Source of the DNA: an uncultured Bacilli bacterium
GTDB lineage: Bacteria; Bacillota_I; Bacilli_A; RF39; UBA660
Direction of reading: 5' to 3'
Length of the DNA stretch: 49,950 nt
Assembly (NCBI GenBank): GCA_944331835.1
Contig: CALVIU010000001.1
Span: 1 to 49,950 of the forward strand
Position numbers and translations under genes: made by a program
Notes under the pieces: model-generated
What the model saw: only the letters and a program-made list of their open reading frames with translations
Databases searched by the model: none
Told to the model about the DNA's origin: nothing
Part shown: positions 27,940 through 36,238 of the stretch, piece after piece
Layout of the letters: each line of letters opens with the position of its first letter
How positions within the stretch are numbered: the first letter of the stretch is position 1

Positions 27940-28425
27940 ATGATAAACAAACAAAATCTTTGGTTTATAACATTATTTTCATTAATTTTAGTATTAGGAA
28001 TTTATTATGTCAGTATGGGTGATGAGACAATCAGCGTTCTAGCTGGAGATAATGATGTAAGTGAAGTTGTTGAGGTTAGTGAATCAGATGTAATTGTAGC
28101 CCTACAAGTTGAAGATGATGAATCAGTATTAAAACAAATGACGGAATACCAAAATATTTTATTAGATGCTGAGGCAACTATCGAAGAAAAAAATGATGCA
28201 TACAATGCCCTACAAGCTTTAAGTAATTCTCAAAGTGAATGTGAAAAGATTGAAAAACTAATAACTGATGAATATAAATATGATAACTTTGTCAAAATTG
28301 AAGGAGACACTATAAGTATTGTCATTGCCTCAAGTAAACACGATAAGGAACTAGCTAATAAAATAATCAGATCAGTCCAAAGTCTTTATGACACCCAAAA
28401 ATATATTACCGTAAAATTTGAATAA
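27940..28425 (+). CDS. SpoIIIAH-like sporulation protein (orphan, not within a spoIIIA operon in this window)
   Basis: The N-terminus KQNLWFITLFSLILVLGIYYV resembles the SpoIIIAH-family start. An acidic linker is followed by a C-terminal alpha/beta region (DNFVKIEGDTISIVIASSKHDKELANKII). SD GGAGG upstream. Confidence 0.5.
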   Translation: MINKQNLWFITLFSLILVLGIYYVSMGDETISVLAGDNDVSEVVEVSESDVIVALQVEDDESVLKQMTEYQNILLDAEATIEEKNDAYNALQALSNSQSECEKIEKLITDEYKYDNFVKIEGDTISIVIASSKHDKELANKIIRSVQSLYDTQKYITVKFE

Positions 28426-28498
28426 TTACATAAACCCGCACGCTTAACTAAATGCTTCATAAAATATTATGAAGCTATTTTAGTTTAGGGAGGATAAT

Positions 28499-28705
28499 AT
28501 GAACAAGAAGATATTAACCGATAGAGAACAAGAAGTTTTCGAATTATTAGTATTAAACAAAACAACTACAGAAATTGCTGAATTTTTAGGAATAAGCGAA
28601 AAAACAGTTCGCAATCATATATCTAACACTATCCAAAAACTAGGAGTCAAAGGAAGAGCCCAAGCTGTAGTTGAACTAATAAAATTAGGTGAAATAACAA
28701 TTTAA
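28499..28705 (+). CDS. gerE: Spore germination/late mother-cell transcription regulator GerE (LuxR-type HTH)
   Basis: LTDREQEVFELLVLNKTTTEIAEFLGISEKTVRNHISNTIQKLGVKGRAQAVVELIKLGE is near-collinear with my recollection of B. subtilis GerE. SD GGGAGG upstream. Confidence 0.85.
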   Translation: MNKKILTDREQEVFELLVLNKTTTEIAEFLGISEKTVRNHISNTIQKLGVKGRAQAVVELIKLGEITI

Positions 28706-28707
28706 TT

Positions 28708-28727
28708 AAGACTTCGGTCTTTTTTTT
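28708..28727 (+). terminator. Rho-independent terminator after gerE
   Basis: AAGAC-TTCG-GTCTT followed by T8. Confidence 0.8.
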
Positions 28728-28759
28728 ATTGATTATAATATAATTAAACAGGTGAGATT

Positions 28760-29692
28760 ATGTTAAAAAAATCATCTTTAAGAAGAATCATGGTAGCAAC
28801 CCTTGCTCTATTTATTTTACTTATTATTTACTTTTTCCCCACAACTACGCCGATTGAAGAATCACTATCCTATATTGAAAAACAAGAAATGCCTATATTT
28901 CTCGTTGATAGTTTAGAATATATTGCTAGAACATCAATTGTTCAAGAAAGCAAAACAACCGACGAACTAATTTTAGAGGTAATTGAATCACTTACTATAG
29001 GTAGTGAAAAATCAAGTTATATTCGAGATGGCTTTAAAGGAATTATCCCCGAAGGGACCAAAGTTCTTGATACCAATCTCGAAAATGGTATTTTGACAAT
29101 TAACTTTAACAAAAATTTTTTAAATGTCTCTATTAAGGATGAAGAAAAAATGTTAGAAGCCTTAATATATTCTATTTTAGAAATTTCAGGAATAAAAAAA
29201 CTAAGTATTGAAGTTGAAGGAGAAAAATTAAAAAATTTACCAAACTCTAAGAAAAAACTACCAGAATTTCTAGATAAAAATTATGGAGTTAACAAAATAT
29301 ATAATTTAGATTCCATCAAAGACACTAGCAAAACTACTATTTATTATCTTAGTAAACATAATGATTATTATTACTATGTTCCAGTAACTAAAGTATCTAA
29401 TGAAACTGGAGAAAAAGCAGAAATAATCATTAAAGAATTGAAATCTACCCCAATATATCATACTAATCTAATCAGTTATCTTGCGGCATCTACCAATCTT
29501 ACAAACTACGAATTACTTGAAAATAGTATAAGTCTTTCATTTGACAATCATTTACTAGCCAACTTAAATGATGAAGATATGCTTGAAGAAGTAAAATATT
29601 CAATTGCGCTATCTTTACGTGATAGCTATGGCATTGAAGAAGTTTTATTTAATTATCCTGATAGTGACCAAGAAGTAATGGCTTTTAATTAA
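28760..29692 (+). CDS. gerM: GerM-like germination/sporulation protein (two GerMN-like segments)
   Basis: N-terminal TM anchor. Segments ...GILTINFNKNFLN... and ...SISLSFDNHLLANL... resemble the GerMN domain signatures. Confidence 0.5.
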   Translation: MLKKSSLRRIMVATLALFILLIIYFFPTTTPIEESLSYIEKQEMPIFLVDSLEYIARTSIVQESKTTDELILEVIESLTIGSEKSSYIRDGFKGIIPEGTKVLDTNLENGILTINFNKNFLNVSIKDEEKMLEALIYSILEISGIKKLSIEVEGEKLKNLPNSKKKLPEFLDKNYGVNKIYNLDSIKDTSKTTIYYLSKHNDYYYYVPVTKVSNETGEKAEIIIKELKSTPIYHTNLISYLAASTNLTNYELLENSISLSFDNHLLANLNDEDMLEEVKYSIALSLRDSYGIEEVLFNYPDSDQEVMAFN

Positions 29693-29740
29693 AATTCTCA
29701 CCCTACTAAAGCAATATTCCAGATTTTTAGCTAAAATTAT

Positions 29741-29770
29741 TTGACTTTAATCACTCAACTATTATATAAT
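29741..29770 (+). promoter_or_regulatory. Candidate rpsD promoter
   Basis: TTGACT (29741-46), N18, TATAAT (29765-70). Confidence 0.55.
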
Positions 29771-29776
29771 ATATTC

Positions 29777-29931
29777 GCACAAGTTTTATGGCAGTGTTAT
29801 ATCGAATTATAATGTGTTTAAAACGCAATGCGGAATAAAGTATCTAGGACTGCCCTAGAAAAATTAATTTAAACTCCCTATAATTTCGGTATAACGGATA
29901 AATCTTTTGCAATATAAAGAAAGGAGATATT
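29777..29931 (+). promoter_or_regulatory. Long rpsD 5' leader with pairing potential (possible S4 autoregulatory leader)
   Basis: A ~155-nt leader that is locally GC-enriched. GGCAGT (29790-95) is complementary to ACTGCC (29849-54). A competing CTAGG/CCTAG hairpin lies at 29844-29857. Confidence 0.3.
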
Positions 29932-30534
29932 ATGGCAAGATACACAGGACCTGCTTATAAAAAGTCTCGTCGTTTAGGTTTTTCAACATTAGAAAACGGT
30001 AAAGAACTTGCTAAAAGACCTTATGCACCAGGACAACATGGCCAAGATCGTCGTAAGAAACTTAGTGAATATGGTATCCAAATGCAAGAAAAACAAAAAG
30101 TACGTATTCTATATGGTTTAAACGAAAAACAATTTCGTCGTACTTTTGAAAGAGCATCTAAGATGAAAGGTATCGCTGGGGAAAATTTACTAGTTTTACT
30201 TGAATCAAGACTTGATAACATGGTATATCGTCTTGGAATGGCTAGAACTAGACGTAGTGCTCGTCAAATAGTAAATCATGGTCATATTTTAGTAAATGGT
30301 AAAAAGGTTGATATTCCATCATACACTACTAAAGTTGGAGATGTAATTTCTGTTAAAGAAAACTCTAAAAACCATCCAGCTATTATCGATTCACTTGAAC
30401 AAAATAGAACTGTTCCAGCATTCTTAGAAATGGATAAGAAAAATTTAACTGGAAAATATTTAAGAACTCCAGAAAGAACTGAACTTAATCCAGAAATTAA
30501 TGAACAACTTATCGTTGAATTCTACAACAGATAA
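29932..30534 (+). CDS. rpsD: 30S ribosomal protein S4
   Basis: Begins [16 protein letters not shown]. Contains the S4 domain [42 protein letters not shown]. Confidence 0.95.
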   Translation: MARYTGPAYKKSRRLGFSTLENGKELAKRPYAPGQHGQDRRKKLSEYGIQMQEKQKVRILYGLNEKQFRRTFERASKMKGIAGENLLVLLESRLDNMVYRLGMARTRRSARQIVNHGHILVNGKKVDIPSYTTKVGDVISVKENSKNHPAIIDSLEQNRTVPAFLEMDKKNLTGKYLRTPERTELNPEINEQLIVEFYNR

Positions 30535-30540
30535 TAAAAA

Positions 30541-30570
30541 AAGCCAAGATTATTCTTGGTTTTCTTTTGG
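30541..30570. terminator. Hairpin/terminator between the convergent rpsD and M16 peptidase genes
   Basis: CCAAGA-TTAT-TCTTGG followed by TTTTCTTTT. Confidence 0.6.
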
Positions 30571-31830
30571 CTTAAATACACTAATTGCTACATTATCATT
30601 ATTAATATAGTTAATAACACTTTCTAATTTTTCTTGATTAATACTAGCAACTCTAATCTTTAAATCAGTAATAATTTCTCCTTCATTAATAATATCATCT
30701 TGTATTTTCATATTAACTTGTTCAATATCTTCATAATCCAAAATAAGGGTCGCAATTGCAGCATTTCTCTTACGAACTATATCTTTTTCATCAACTTCTA
30801 AATTATCAAATTTTTCTCTAATTAGTTTTATTACTTCATCCTGATAATTAGTATTTGCAGTTATAGTTATAACCATATATTCTTCATATATATCTAAACT
30901 ATAACCCATACTTGTAACAAGCCCCTTCAATATCAAATCCGACCTAAATTCACTCGTCGAACCAAAGTTAATATTAAGTATCAAATCACATAACAACTTT
31001 AAATCTATCGTTTCCACATTTTTAAATTTATTTACAGGTATTTTTAAAGAATACTTAACCCGCGGATAAGTTATTCCGACATTTTCTTCCATATAATCTT
31101 TAGTAACTTTCTTAGGTTCACTTTCACTAATAATATCCACTTCTTGAAATTCTCTAAATTCTTTTTTCGCTAAATTATCTTCAACCGTCTTTGCCATTTC
31201 ATAGGGATTAAAGTTACCCGTTATCGTTAAAAACATATTTTTAGGATGATAAAACGTATCATAAACAATCTCTACATCATCTAAACTTATTTCTTTTATA
31301 TCCTCTACTTCTCCCGTTATCAAATTTCGATAATTAGATTTTTGTAAAACATTTTTTAAGTTATCATAAAATATTTTAGAATATGGATCATCATTACTCA
31401 TATTTGCTTCTTCAACGATTATCCCCTTTTCCTTACTAATCATTTTCTTTGTAAAATAAGGATTATACACAAAATCCAACAACAAATTTAAATTCTCTAT
31501 TTTATTTTGGGTAGCAAATACAATATAAGAAGTATATTTAAAAGTTGTAAAAGCATTAGAGTCTCCCCCTATTTTTATAAACTCATCATGAGCAGTTACA
31601 TCTTCTTTCATATTAAATTTGATATGTTCTAAGAAATGAGCCAGTCCATTAGGAACCGTATAAACTTTCTTACCTACTTTAAACTTAGTATGAATTGAAC
31701 CATACTTCACCGACAAACTAGCAAAACAACCATTAACTTTTTCATTGACCCACATGTATACCTTTAAACCATTTTTAGTAGTATATTCATATATTTTTTC
31801 TTCTAATCCTTCTAAAACTATCTCTTTCAA
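30550..31830 (-). CDS. M16 family zinc peptidase (catalytic subunit type)
   Basis: Contains the inverted zincin motif HFLEH within GLAHFLEHIKF. It overlaps the upstream partner by 4 nt (ATGA). Confidence 0.8.
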   Translation of the reverse strand: MKEIVLEGLEEKIYEYTTKNGLKVYMWVNEKVNGCFASLSVKYGSIHTKFKVGKKVYTVPNGLAHFLEHIKFNMKEDVTAHDEFIKIGGDSNAFTTFKYTSYIVFATQNKIENLNLLLDFVYNPYFTKKMISKEKGIIVEEANMSNDDPYSKIFYDNLKNVLQKSNYRNLITGEVEDIKEISLDDVEIVYDTFYHPKNMFLTITGNFNPYEMAKTVEDNLAKKEFREFQEVDIISESEPKKVTKDYMEENVGITYPRVKYSLKIPVNKFKNVETIDLKLLCDLILNINFGSTSEFRSDLILKGLVTSMGYSLDIYEEYMVITITANTNYQDEVIKLIREKFDNLEVDEKDIVRKRNAAIATLILDYEDIEQVNMKIQDDIINEGEIITDLKIRVASINQEKLESVINYINNDNVAISVFKPKENQE

Positions 31831-33098
31831 TTTTCTTCCCCCTTTCCTTCTAAAACATATATAGTATTAAGTTTTAATTTCTTTGCAACATCAATAACAT
31901 CTTCTCTAGTAACTTTATTTATAAGTTCTTTTCTTTTATCTAAATCTGGTAAATTATCAAATATATTAAATACATAATTATTAAGTATCGAAACATTATT
32001 ATCTTGTGCTAAATCCAAAGACATAACTAAATTTAGTTTAGCATCATTTAACTCATCATCACTAAAATCTCCATTAATCATATCTTTTAAACATTTCTTA
32101 ACTAAACTACTAGCTTTTTTGACATTCTTATCCTCCAAAGAAACATGAATAACTAACAATTTATCATACTTCATATATAAACTACTAATGCTATAGCATA
32201 AACTATTTTCTTCTCTAATTTGTTTATATAATTTACTAGTAAGTCCTCCATTACCAAAAATATAATTAAACACTTGGAATGTTACATGTCTTGCTTCATC
32301 ACTTAAATTACCAACATTATAAATCATAACCATATTGGCTTGAATATTATCTGATTTATCACTTTGTACTATTTCTTTTTTTCTTACACTATTATCAACC
32401 AACAAATCCAATGTCGCAGTATTAATATAACGATGATGAAAATATTTCTTTATTAGACTAACTACTTCATCCATATCTAAATTACCAATAACAAAAATAT
32501 CACAAACACATTCTTTAAATAGAGATTTATAAGTCTTATATAAAGAACTAGGAGTAATTTTATCTACATCTTCTAAAGACCCTAAAACTGAATAACTAGT
32601 TGGACTATCCGGATTCATACTATTAAAAGCATTTCTAACTGAATACTTAAAAGAATTATCCTTAATACTATTAATATCCCTAATAATTCTTTCCTTAACA
32701 ATATTAAATTGTTTTAAATCAAATTCTTCATTTACTACATTAGGTTTTAATAATAATTCAAAAGGAAGTTTAATTACGTCTTCTAAATAATTCTTATCTT
32801 CAATAAAACCCGGATTAATAAAATCAAGTATCATATTACAATTTAAAACATTACCAGTTTTAACAGTAATCGCATAAGCACTAGTTTTATAAAGTTCTTC
32901 AAAACGGACAATCAAATCTCGCCGTAACGGATATTTTTCTGATGACTCCGACAACATATCCATCAAAAATGTATAAGCACATAATTCTTCCTTAACTACC
33001 GGTTTTCGAAACATTATTTCCATATGTGCTGTTTTAAACTTATCCGTCTTTATCGTATGAACATTAAAAGAATTACATTTATACGTTTTATAAATCAT
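31827..33098 (-). CDS. M16 family peptidase-like protein lacking HxxEH (non-catalytic partner type)
   Basis: Size and pairing with the downstream M16 gene fit, and no HxxEH motif is seen. The start is moved to the ATG at 33098 (MIYKTYKC...), which is preceded by GAGGTGGA. Confidence 0.7.
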   Translation of the reverse strand: MIYKTYKCNSFNVHTIKTDKFKTAHMEIMFRKPVVKEELCAYTFLMDMLSESSEKYPLRRDLIVRFEELYKTSAYAITVKTGNVLNCNMILDFINPGFIEDKNYLEDVIKLPFELLLKPNVVNEEFDLKQFNIVKERIIRDINSIKDNSFKYSVRNAFNSMNPDSPTSYSVLGSLEDVDKITPSSLYKTYKSLFKECVCDIFVIGNLDMDEVVSLIKKYFHHRYINTATLDLLVDNSVRKKEIVQSDKSDNIQANMVMIYNVGNLSDEARHVTFQVFNYIFGNGGLTSKLYKQIREENSLCYSISSLYMKYDKLLVIHVSLEDKNVKKASSLVKKCLKDMINGDFSDDELNDAKLNLVMSLDLAQDNNVSILNNYVFNIFDNLPDLDKRKELINKVTREDVIDVAKKLKLNTIYVLEGKGEEN

Positions 33099-34233
33099 TT
33101 TCCACCTCTTCCTTATTATTATCATTTTTTACATATTTATTATACTCATTAACACAATAATCATCAGTCATACCCGCAATATAATCAATTACTATTCTTT
33201 CTTTACTATTATTATTTTTATATTCTTCACTCATATTATATAAATATGATTTTATTATATTTGAATCCCGATTATTATTTTTTATATCTTCCAGATACTT
33301 ATTAAATAAAGTATTAAGTATTATTTCTAACTTTTCTCTTTCTTTCTTTGTATATGCTAATGCATATATATTTTTATAATTAAAATCTTTTAATTCAACT
33401 ATTGCTTTATATACTCCATCACTTAGTTTAATATAATCTTTCCCTAAACTATTTTCTATTACATCCTTAATTATAGTATTTACTATTTCTCTATTACTAC
33501 TTCCTAAGTGTTTTTTTACACTATCTGGAATATCATTAAAACTGACAATATTAAGACGCATAGCATCTTCAATATCTCTTCCCAAATATGCTATTAAATC
33601 ACTAATTCTAACCACACAACCTTCCAAAGTCATTGCTCTTAATTTTTTAATTATACCTCTATCTTTATAACTTAAATTATATTCTTCAAAAAATTCTTCT
33701 TTAGTTTTCTTCCTTGGTACATATTCATTTTGAGGAAGTTCCCCATTATGACACATTATAGCATCAAGTGTTTGTAAAGTAATATCTTTACCCATTCCAT
33801 AATTTTCAATATACATAAGAAGTCTTACACTATGAATATTGTGATTAAAAAATCCTTCACCACAATTAAGACTTATCTTATTAAGTATTTCTTCTCCAAC
33901 ATGCCCGAATGGAGTATGACCTAAATCATGACCGAGTGCACTTGCCTCAATCAAGTCTTCATTTAGAGCAAGTGCCCTTCCTATAGTTCTAGCAATTTTA
34001 CTAACATATTGCACGTGAATCATTCTCTTAGTCAAGTGATCATTACTTTTAAACGAAAATACTTGCGTTTTATCACTATATCTAGTAAATGCAAGTGTAT
34101 ATATAATTCTATCTATATCCCTAAAAAAAGGCGTTCTAAAATCATTACTTACTTTCCGTAAATATATAGCATCATCATCACATGTTGCATACTTACTTAA
34201 ATATTTATTATGATTATGCATATTCCCATCCAT
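33088..34233 (-). CDS. dGTPase-like HD-domain triphosphohydrolase
   Basis: Motifs RTPFFRDIDRIIY, HVQYVS and SALGHDLGHTPFGHVGE. The start is moved to the ATG at 34233 (MDGNMHNH...), which is preceded by GGTGG. The 22 aa further upstream in the track ORF run into the divergent promoter region. Confidence 0.8.
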   Translation of the reverse strand: MDGNMHNHNKYLSKYATCDDDAIYLRKVSNDFRTPFFRDIDRIIYTLAFTRYSDKTQVFSFKSNDHLTKRMIHVQYVSKIARTIGRALALNEDLIEASALGHDLGHTPFGHVGEEILNKISLNCGEGFFNHNIHSVRLLMYIENYGMGKDITLQTLDAIMCHNGELPQNEYVPRKKTKEEFFEEYNLSYKDRGIIKKLRAMTLEGCVVRISDLIAYLGRDIEDAMRLNIVSFNDIPDSVKKHLGSSNREIVNTIIKDVIENSLGKDYIKLSDGVYKAIVELKDFNYKNIYALAYTKKEREKLEIILNTLFNKYLEDIKNNNRDSNIIKSYLYNMSEEYKNNNSKERIVIDYIAGMTDDYCVNEYNKYVKNDNNKEEVENDL

Positions 34234-34280
34234 ATTTACCACCATCATAATCATAACAATTATTCGAATATTTGTCCATA

Positions 34281-34336
34281 ATGTCGAACTTTGTCGCACT
34301 ATTTTTGTTGCTTTTATACTACTTTAATTCTAGAAT
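34281..34336 (+). promoter_or_regulatory. Conserved motif plus sigmaA-type promoter of sORF module 2
   Basis: ATGTCGAACTTTGTCGCAC (34281-34299), then TTGCTT (34308-13), N17, TAGAAT (34331-36). The layout matches module 1. Confidence 0.5.
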
Positions 34337-34342
34337 ATTTAA

Positions 34343-34600
34343 CTGTTACCCATAGTGGGAGCGTCTACTTTGCTTTGCTGGATTCCAGCTATCAGGGGGA
34401 ACCTTGGGAGTCAGGTTTGAAAGGAAGGTGGAGTCATGAACGATAATGAATTTTATTTAGTAATGATAGTGATTATACTCGGTTTAATAGCTGATATAAA
34501 AGACAAAAGACGCTAACAATAGCGTCGAAACATAGTAGATGCTACCCACCCACTTACATATATAATATATCAAAATACATAAATTTATTCAAGTATTTTT
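34343..34600 (+). other. Structured sORF-bearing transcript, module 2 (candidate type I toxin-like mRNA)
   Basis: The predicted 5' end is at AACTGTTACC. GTGGGAGCGTCTAC (34355-68) pairs with GTAGATGCTACCCAC (34535-49) in a ~14-bp closing helix with one bulge, enclosing the SD and the sORF. Hairpins: GCTGG/CCAGC (34377-89) and GACGCTA/TAGCGTC (34502-26, overlapping the sORF stop). The 3' end is uncertain because only a weak AATAC/GTATT+T hairpin lies at 34574-34600. Confidence 0.4.
34436..34516 (+). CDS. 26-aa hydrophobic peptide MNDNEFYLVMIVIILGLIADIKDKRR (candidate small membrane toxin)
   Basis: Hand-translated; absent from the ORF track. SD AAGGAAGGTGGAG lies upstream. The peptide has one TM helix followed by a charged tail. 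Confidence 0.4.
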   Translation: MNDNEFYLVMIVIILGLIADIKDKRR

Positions 34601-34664
34601 ATAAGACTTTCTCTTATTATTTCCTTCTCTTATTACATACTTATTTTCTAAAAAACTCTCGGTT

Positions 34665-35444
34665 TTAAATAAATTTACAATGTTTACACAATTCTTCATG
34701 TTTTTTATTATTTCTGAATCCTTGTAAAATAGTTTTATATCTTTCTTTATCCTGAATATCCTTTATATCTTCATTAAATATATTGCCTAAATTAATAATA
34801 CCTTTACTATCTAAACAACAAGGTATTATGGTACCATCAACTAGTATCCCCAAGTGGTCTTTTAAAGCATAACAAGTACCTACTTCATTATAGTAATTAT
34901 TATTTAGATCTGGCCAAATAAATTCCGTATCAAAATCTATAAAAATGTTTTTATCTAATGTAGTATGTCCATCTATTTTAACTTTATATTTATCCTCCAA
35001 TAATTTAATTATTTTCTTTTTATATGGACTATTAACCCAAATACGATAATTAATATATGTATTATCCTTTAAATTATCAGCCACTTCCAATATATCTTGC
35101 ATATATTCTTCTAAACTTTTAGTATATATTTCATTAAAACTATGTAAAGATATATTTATCTGACGAATATTTTTATTATTAATAATTTTTTTAATTAAAT
35201 AACCATTAGTAGTTATATTAACAAAGTAATCTTTACTAGCCATATCAATAAATTCATTAATTAATGGATGTAATAAAGGTTCTCCCATTACATGGAAGTA
35301 TAAGTAATTGGTAGTATTCTTCAATTTACTCAATATAACTTCAAAATTATCTTTACTCATAAACATTCCCTTACGAGTATTTTTAATACAAAAACTACAA
35401 TTTAAATTACATAAATTAGTTATTTCGACATAAATTTTTTTCAT
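34665..35444 (-). CDS. Radical SAM protein with SPASM-like Cys-rich C-terminus
   Basis: CNLNCSFC (a CxxxCxxC motif) at residues 12-19. C-terminal segments CYALKD...IPCCLDS and CKHC. Confidence 0.75.
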   Translation of the reverse strand: MKKIYVEITNLCNLNCSFCIKNTRKGMFMSKDNFEVILSKLKNTTNYLYFHVMGEPLLHPLINEFIDMASKDYFVNITTNGYLIKKIINNKNIRQINISLHSFNEIYTKSLEEYMQDILEVADNLKDNTYINYRIWVNSPYKKKIIKLLEDKYKVKIDGHTTLDKNIFIDFDTEFIWPDLNNNYYNEVGTCYALKDHLGILVDGTIIPCCLDSKGIINLGNIFNEDIKDIQDKERYKTILQGFRNNKKHEELCKHCKFI

Positions 35445-35536
35445 ATAATCTATTTTATCACAAAAGTTTCGGTTTAACGTATTTATTTTAAAGCTTTTTT
35501 AAGTTATAATATACATATAAGAATCGAGGGTTAATT

Positions 35537-36238
35537 ATGGCTTTTATTGATGTTAAAAATCTATCAAAAATTTATCAAATGGGAGAAGTAAAAATTAAGG
35601 CAATTGAAAATGTAAGTTTTTCAATTGATGAAGGAGAACTTGTTGTCATACTTGGCCCATCAGGTGCCGGGAAGACAACAATATTAAACATACTTGGTGG
35701 CATGGATTCCCCAACAAGTGGAAAGATTATTGTTGATGAAACAGATATTTCCAAATATAATCGTAAAGAATTAACTAAATATCGTCGCTATGATATTGGT
35801 TTTGTCTTCCAATTTTATAATCTTGTTGGAAATCTAACAGCACTTGAGAATGTTGAACTTGCTAACCAAATTTGCAAAAATCCCAGAGATAGCAAAGAAA
35901 CATTAAAAAGTGTTGGCCTAGGAGATAGAATGGATCACTTCCCTGCTCAACTTTCCGGCGGTGAACAACAAAGAGTATCCATTGCAAGAGCCCTAGCCAA
36001 AAATCCTAAAATTTTACTTTGTGATGAACCTACCGGAGCCCTAGATAGTAAGACCGGCAAAATGATTATTGAACTTTTGCAAGACACTTGTCATCAAACT
36101 AAAACCACTACTATTATCATTACTCATAATGCTATAATTGCTGAAATTGCAGATAAAGTAATAAGAGTCAAAAATGGAACAATCGAATCAACCCTAGTTA
36201 ACAAAAATCCTAAACCTGTTAAGGAGATTGATTGGTAA
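35537..36238 (+). CDS. ABC transporter ATP-binding protein (MacB/FtsE-like)
   Basis: Walker [10 protein letters not shown], signature LSGGEQQR, Walker B ILLCDEP. Confidence 0.9.
   Translation: MAFIDVKNLSKIYQMGEVKIKAIENVSFSIDEGELVVILGPSGAGKTTILNILGGMDSPTSGKIIVDETDISKYNRKELTKYRRYDIGFVFQFYNLVGNLTALENVELANQICKNPRDSKETLKSVGLGDRMDHFPAQLSGGEQQRVSIARALAKNPKILLCDEPTGALDSKTGKMIIELLQDTCHQTKTTTIIITHNAIIAEIADKVIRVKNGTIESTLVNKNPKPVKEIDW

Noticed and set aside
19031-30221. Antisense ORFs 19031-19288, 21151-21333, 24742-24975, 26135-26341, 28005-28205 and 30021-30221
   Set aside because: All are embedded opposite, or out of frame with, confidently identified genes (the 426-aa lipoprotein gene, nrnA, cysteine desulfurase, ezrA, the spoIIIAH-like gene and rpsD).
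34405-34435. Similarity of GGGAGTCAGGTTTGAAAGGAAGGTGGAG to the SRP RNA domain IV core (GGUCAGGUCCGGAAGGAAGCAGC)
   Set aside because: The match is largely the purine-rich SD of the sORF. The helix-8 closing pairs would be weak U-G/U-A pairs, and no Alu-domain or 3' complementary strand of helix 8 is present. The paralogous module 1 also lacks the match.
34436-35444. Radical SAM/SPASM gene plus a nearby small peptide as a RiPP (sactipeptide/ranthipeptide-like) cluster
   Set aside because: The sORF is convergent with the rSAM gene rather than co-oriented, and it has no Cys or other obvious modification sites. It belongs to a two-copy module whose other copy has no rSAM neighbour.
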